This document shows positions 60,901-64,000 of a DNA stretch of 64,000 nt, one piece after another. Within the stretch, counting starts at the first letter, position 1; every line of letters begins with the position of its first letter. A program made the position numbers and the translations under genes. The notes below the pieces were generated by a model, which searched no databases, was not told where the DNA came from, and saw nothing but the letters and a program-made list of their open reading frames with translations. This DNA is from the human T2T-CHM13v2.0 reference genome, Homo sapiens, in the NCBI RefSeq assembly GCF_009914755.1, contig NC_060929.1; one strand, written 5' to 3'.

Positions 60901-61244
60901 AATGTGGAGGCATAAAGTATTCTATTGCTGGAGAGGAAGAGGGAGAGGTAACTGCGTGGTGGGAGATAAGTCGGGATAAATTGCTTGTAGGTTTGTAAAA
61001 GTCCCTGAAGCCAAGGTTAAGAAACTAGACATACTTCTAAGCCAAAGCATTTGAAGATCAGAATGTCAAAATGAAAATAATGGTTAGGTGACCTGACTGT
61101 TGACAATGTGCACCACAGAGCCCTAGGGTGGCAGGCAGGGAAACCAATTAAGAGGTGACAATGGCTCCCTAAGGATAAATACCTTATATCTGAAAAGGAA
61201 TCTATCCATTGAAAATTCTTTCAGTTTCTTTCGTTTAGTACATC

Positions 61245-61545
61245 TTTTTTTTTTTTTTTTAAATGGAGTCTTGCTCTGTAGCCAGGCTGTAGTGCAGTAG
61301 CACGATCTTGGCTCACTGCAACCTCTGCCTCCGCCTCCTGGGTTCAAGTGATTCCCATGCCTCAGCCTCTGAAGTAGCTGGGACAAAAGGCCCACGCCAC
61401 CATGCCTGGCTAATTTTTTGTATTTTAGTAGAGACAGGATTTCACCATGTTAGCCAGGATGGTCTCCATCTCCTGACCTCGTGATCCATCCACCTCAGTC
61501 TCCCAAAGCGCTGGGATTACAGGTGTAAGCCACCACGCCCTGCCT
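61245..61545 (-). mobile_element. AluSc-like element
   Basis: gttagccaggatggtctccatctcctgacctcgtgatcc. Confidence 0.92.
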
Positions 61546-61930
61546 GGTTTACTCCATCTTAACAAATCCTCATAAGAACCAGTGAGGTTGGAATTATTAC
61601 CCACAATTAATAATGCAAAAATTGAAGCTCAGAAAGGCTAAGTGATTTGCTTAAGTTCCCACTATATAACTATGATTCTAAGACTTGTAGCTTAGTTGTT
61701 TCCTTCTTTCTAGTCCTTTTTATTCTCTCTCATGTCATTCTATTACTTCCTTCCTAGCATTTATCACAATCTGTAGGTTGTCTGTTAATCCTTTTTCTTG
61801 TCGATTGTCTGTATGTCCCATTTGACTTCAGGGAAGGAACCCTATCCCTGCAGCAGCTCTCTGTTATATCCTCAGAGCCTCTCAACAGTGCTTTTGGTAA
61901 ATAAGTGCTCAAGAAATATTCATTGAGTAA

Positions 61931-62291
<361 letters not shown>

Positions 62292-63194
62292 CTTTTTTTT
62301 CCCTCTAGAATGTCACTTACATAGAAGAGGCATATCCTTTTTAATGTGTATTCTATCTGCAGTGATGGGGACAGATGTTCCTTGCTCTATTTTTCCTCTC
62401 AGTAGCTTTCAAACCTGGCCGTGCAACAGACTCATCTACAGATTTTTTTTTAAAGTCTGTTTTTATCAAAGCAATACAAGTGAAATGACATCTTCATTTA
62501 TAACACTAAAAAGCAGCTCCCAGCCCTAATCACTGTACTCTTCAGTCCCCATCACCATCTGATAGTTGAACTCTACTCTTAACACTGGTGTTTACCCTTT
62601 CTACCATGAAGCGTGCTCACAATACTCTTTCTTGGTTTTTCAATATTGGAAATTATCTGCTGACTTCCTACTATGGAAGAAGAGGACTTAGCTACCTCAC
62701 ATTACTTCCACTCAGTTTCCCTTATCCTTGTCCTATAATATTATAGAAAAGACAGTATTATAATTTTTTAGTTAATCAATTTTTGTGCTTAGATTAAGAT
62801 AATTATGCAATAAATTTTAATACTAAGCTACATGAAATACTATGATTACATTTATAAATATAAAGTTTGTTTTTAAAATAATTTTTTCCTCCTGTGGTTA
62901 ATAATTGCTCTATTTTCCATTTGTTTCATCTCTTTTATGCCTACCCATAAGTCATCTATAAATTTGGTCAGAATGGGACTACATCTCTTCATGTGATGAA
63001 ATACATCAGAAACTCTATTGACCCCACTGTTTTTTCTCCTGGAGACATCAGTTCCAGAGATATCCATTCTCTTGCTTCAATCTACACTGGCTGCCTTTTA
63101 GGCCTGTGATACAACTATTATCCTAGAAATTTCTTTTGATATCATCCTGGATATTCCTCTTTCCTTTCTCCAATGTTGACTCCATGTCTTCCTC

Positions 63195-63843
63195 TTCTTC
63201 CTGGACCAAGCTGAGGGTCGGGCTGCTATTTCTTGTGGCCCAATAATGAGATGCAAATGAACGGGGAGGAAGAGAGGTTTTATTTCTGCATTTGGTTACA
63301 GGGAGAAGGCCTGGAAGTTATCGCCAGACCAACTTAAAATTACAAAGTTTTCCTGAGCTTATATACCTTCTAAGCTATATGTCTACGTGTAAGTGTGCAT
63401 TCATCTAAAGACATCAGTGATTAACTTCTTTTAATCTATAACTAAGGTCTGAGTCCTGATGACCTTTCTCTGGAGCCTCAGTAAATTTTCTTAATGTAAA
63501 TGGGTCCAGGTACTGGGGTGACTACCCTTATCTTGTCTCCTGCTAAATCATGGAGGTTTGGGGAGTTCCTTCAGACCCCCAATAAACTTGTTTGTGGAAG
63601 CCTGGGGAGTTTCTTCAGATCTCCAATAAAACTTATTTAATCCTAAATGGGTCCTGTTAAGAATTTTGTTATTTTTGTCATGTTCTAAGGCCCAGGAAAG
63701 GCCTAGGCAAAACTCTTGGTGGGCTTTTCTTACATTTCAGCCTTTGTATAAGGGCACTGGCTTTTAATATTTAACTTAACCACTCAGTCAGTACTGAAAC
63801 AGTTGTTATAGAGGCCTATGCTAGTCAGACCTGTCCTGCCACA
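63195..63843 (-). mobile_element. MER39-like ERV1 solo LTR
   Basis: Minus strand starts tgtggcaggacagg...aacaactgtttcagtactgactgagtggttaagttaaatattaaaagcc; subfamily assigned from memory. Confidence 0.7.
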
Positions 63844-64000
63844 ATCTCTCTTATTTTAAGCCCTCTTTTTGGTGGAAAACACCCTTAAGTACCTTCATGA
63901 GAAAAGATTTCATAGAAATAAAACTTTTTGAGATCTTGCATGTCTGAAAATACTTTTATTCTACAATTAGACTTCATTGATTGTTGGTTTTATTGGGAAT

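Overview
This is primate (very likely human) non-coding genomic DNA: AT-rich, CpG-depleted and dense in interspersed repeats. It holds roughly 27 Alu-family elements, old and primate L1 fragments, MaLR/ERVL/ERV1 solo LTRs, hAT and Tc1/mariner DNA transposons, and MIR/L2 relics. I can support no host protein-coding exon, tRNA, rRNA or CRISPR array; almost every ORF in the track comes from a repeat or is a chance ORF. The one clear regulatory landmark is a ~600 bp CpG island at ~48.5-49.1 kb with no recognisable coding gene attached. The most interesting items are: an L1PA7-like 5' fragment that lost its 3' part but keeps the antisense-promoter region, an open ORF0-like frame and splice donors; candidate minus-strand exons that could form a lncRNA from the island; two short non-tandem local duplications; a near-perfect palindrome; closely spaced head-to-head inverted Alu pairs; and an old L1 with twin-priming geometry. 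I found no convincing evidence of a wholly new biological system. Subfamily names come from my recall of consensus sequences, not from a RepeatMasker run, and repeat boundaries are approximate.
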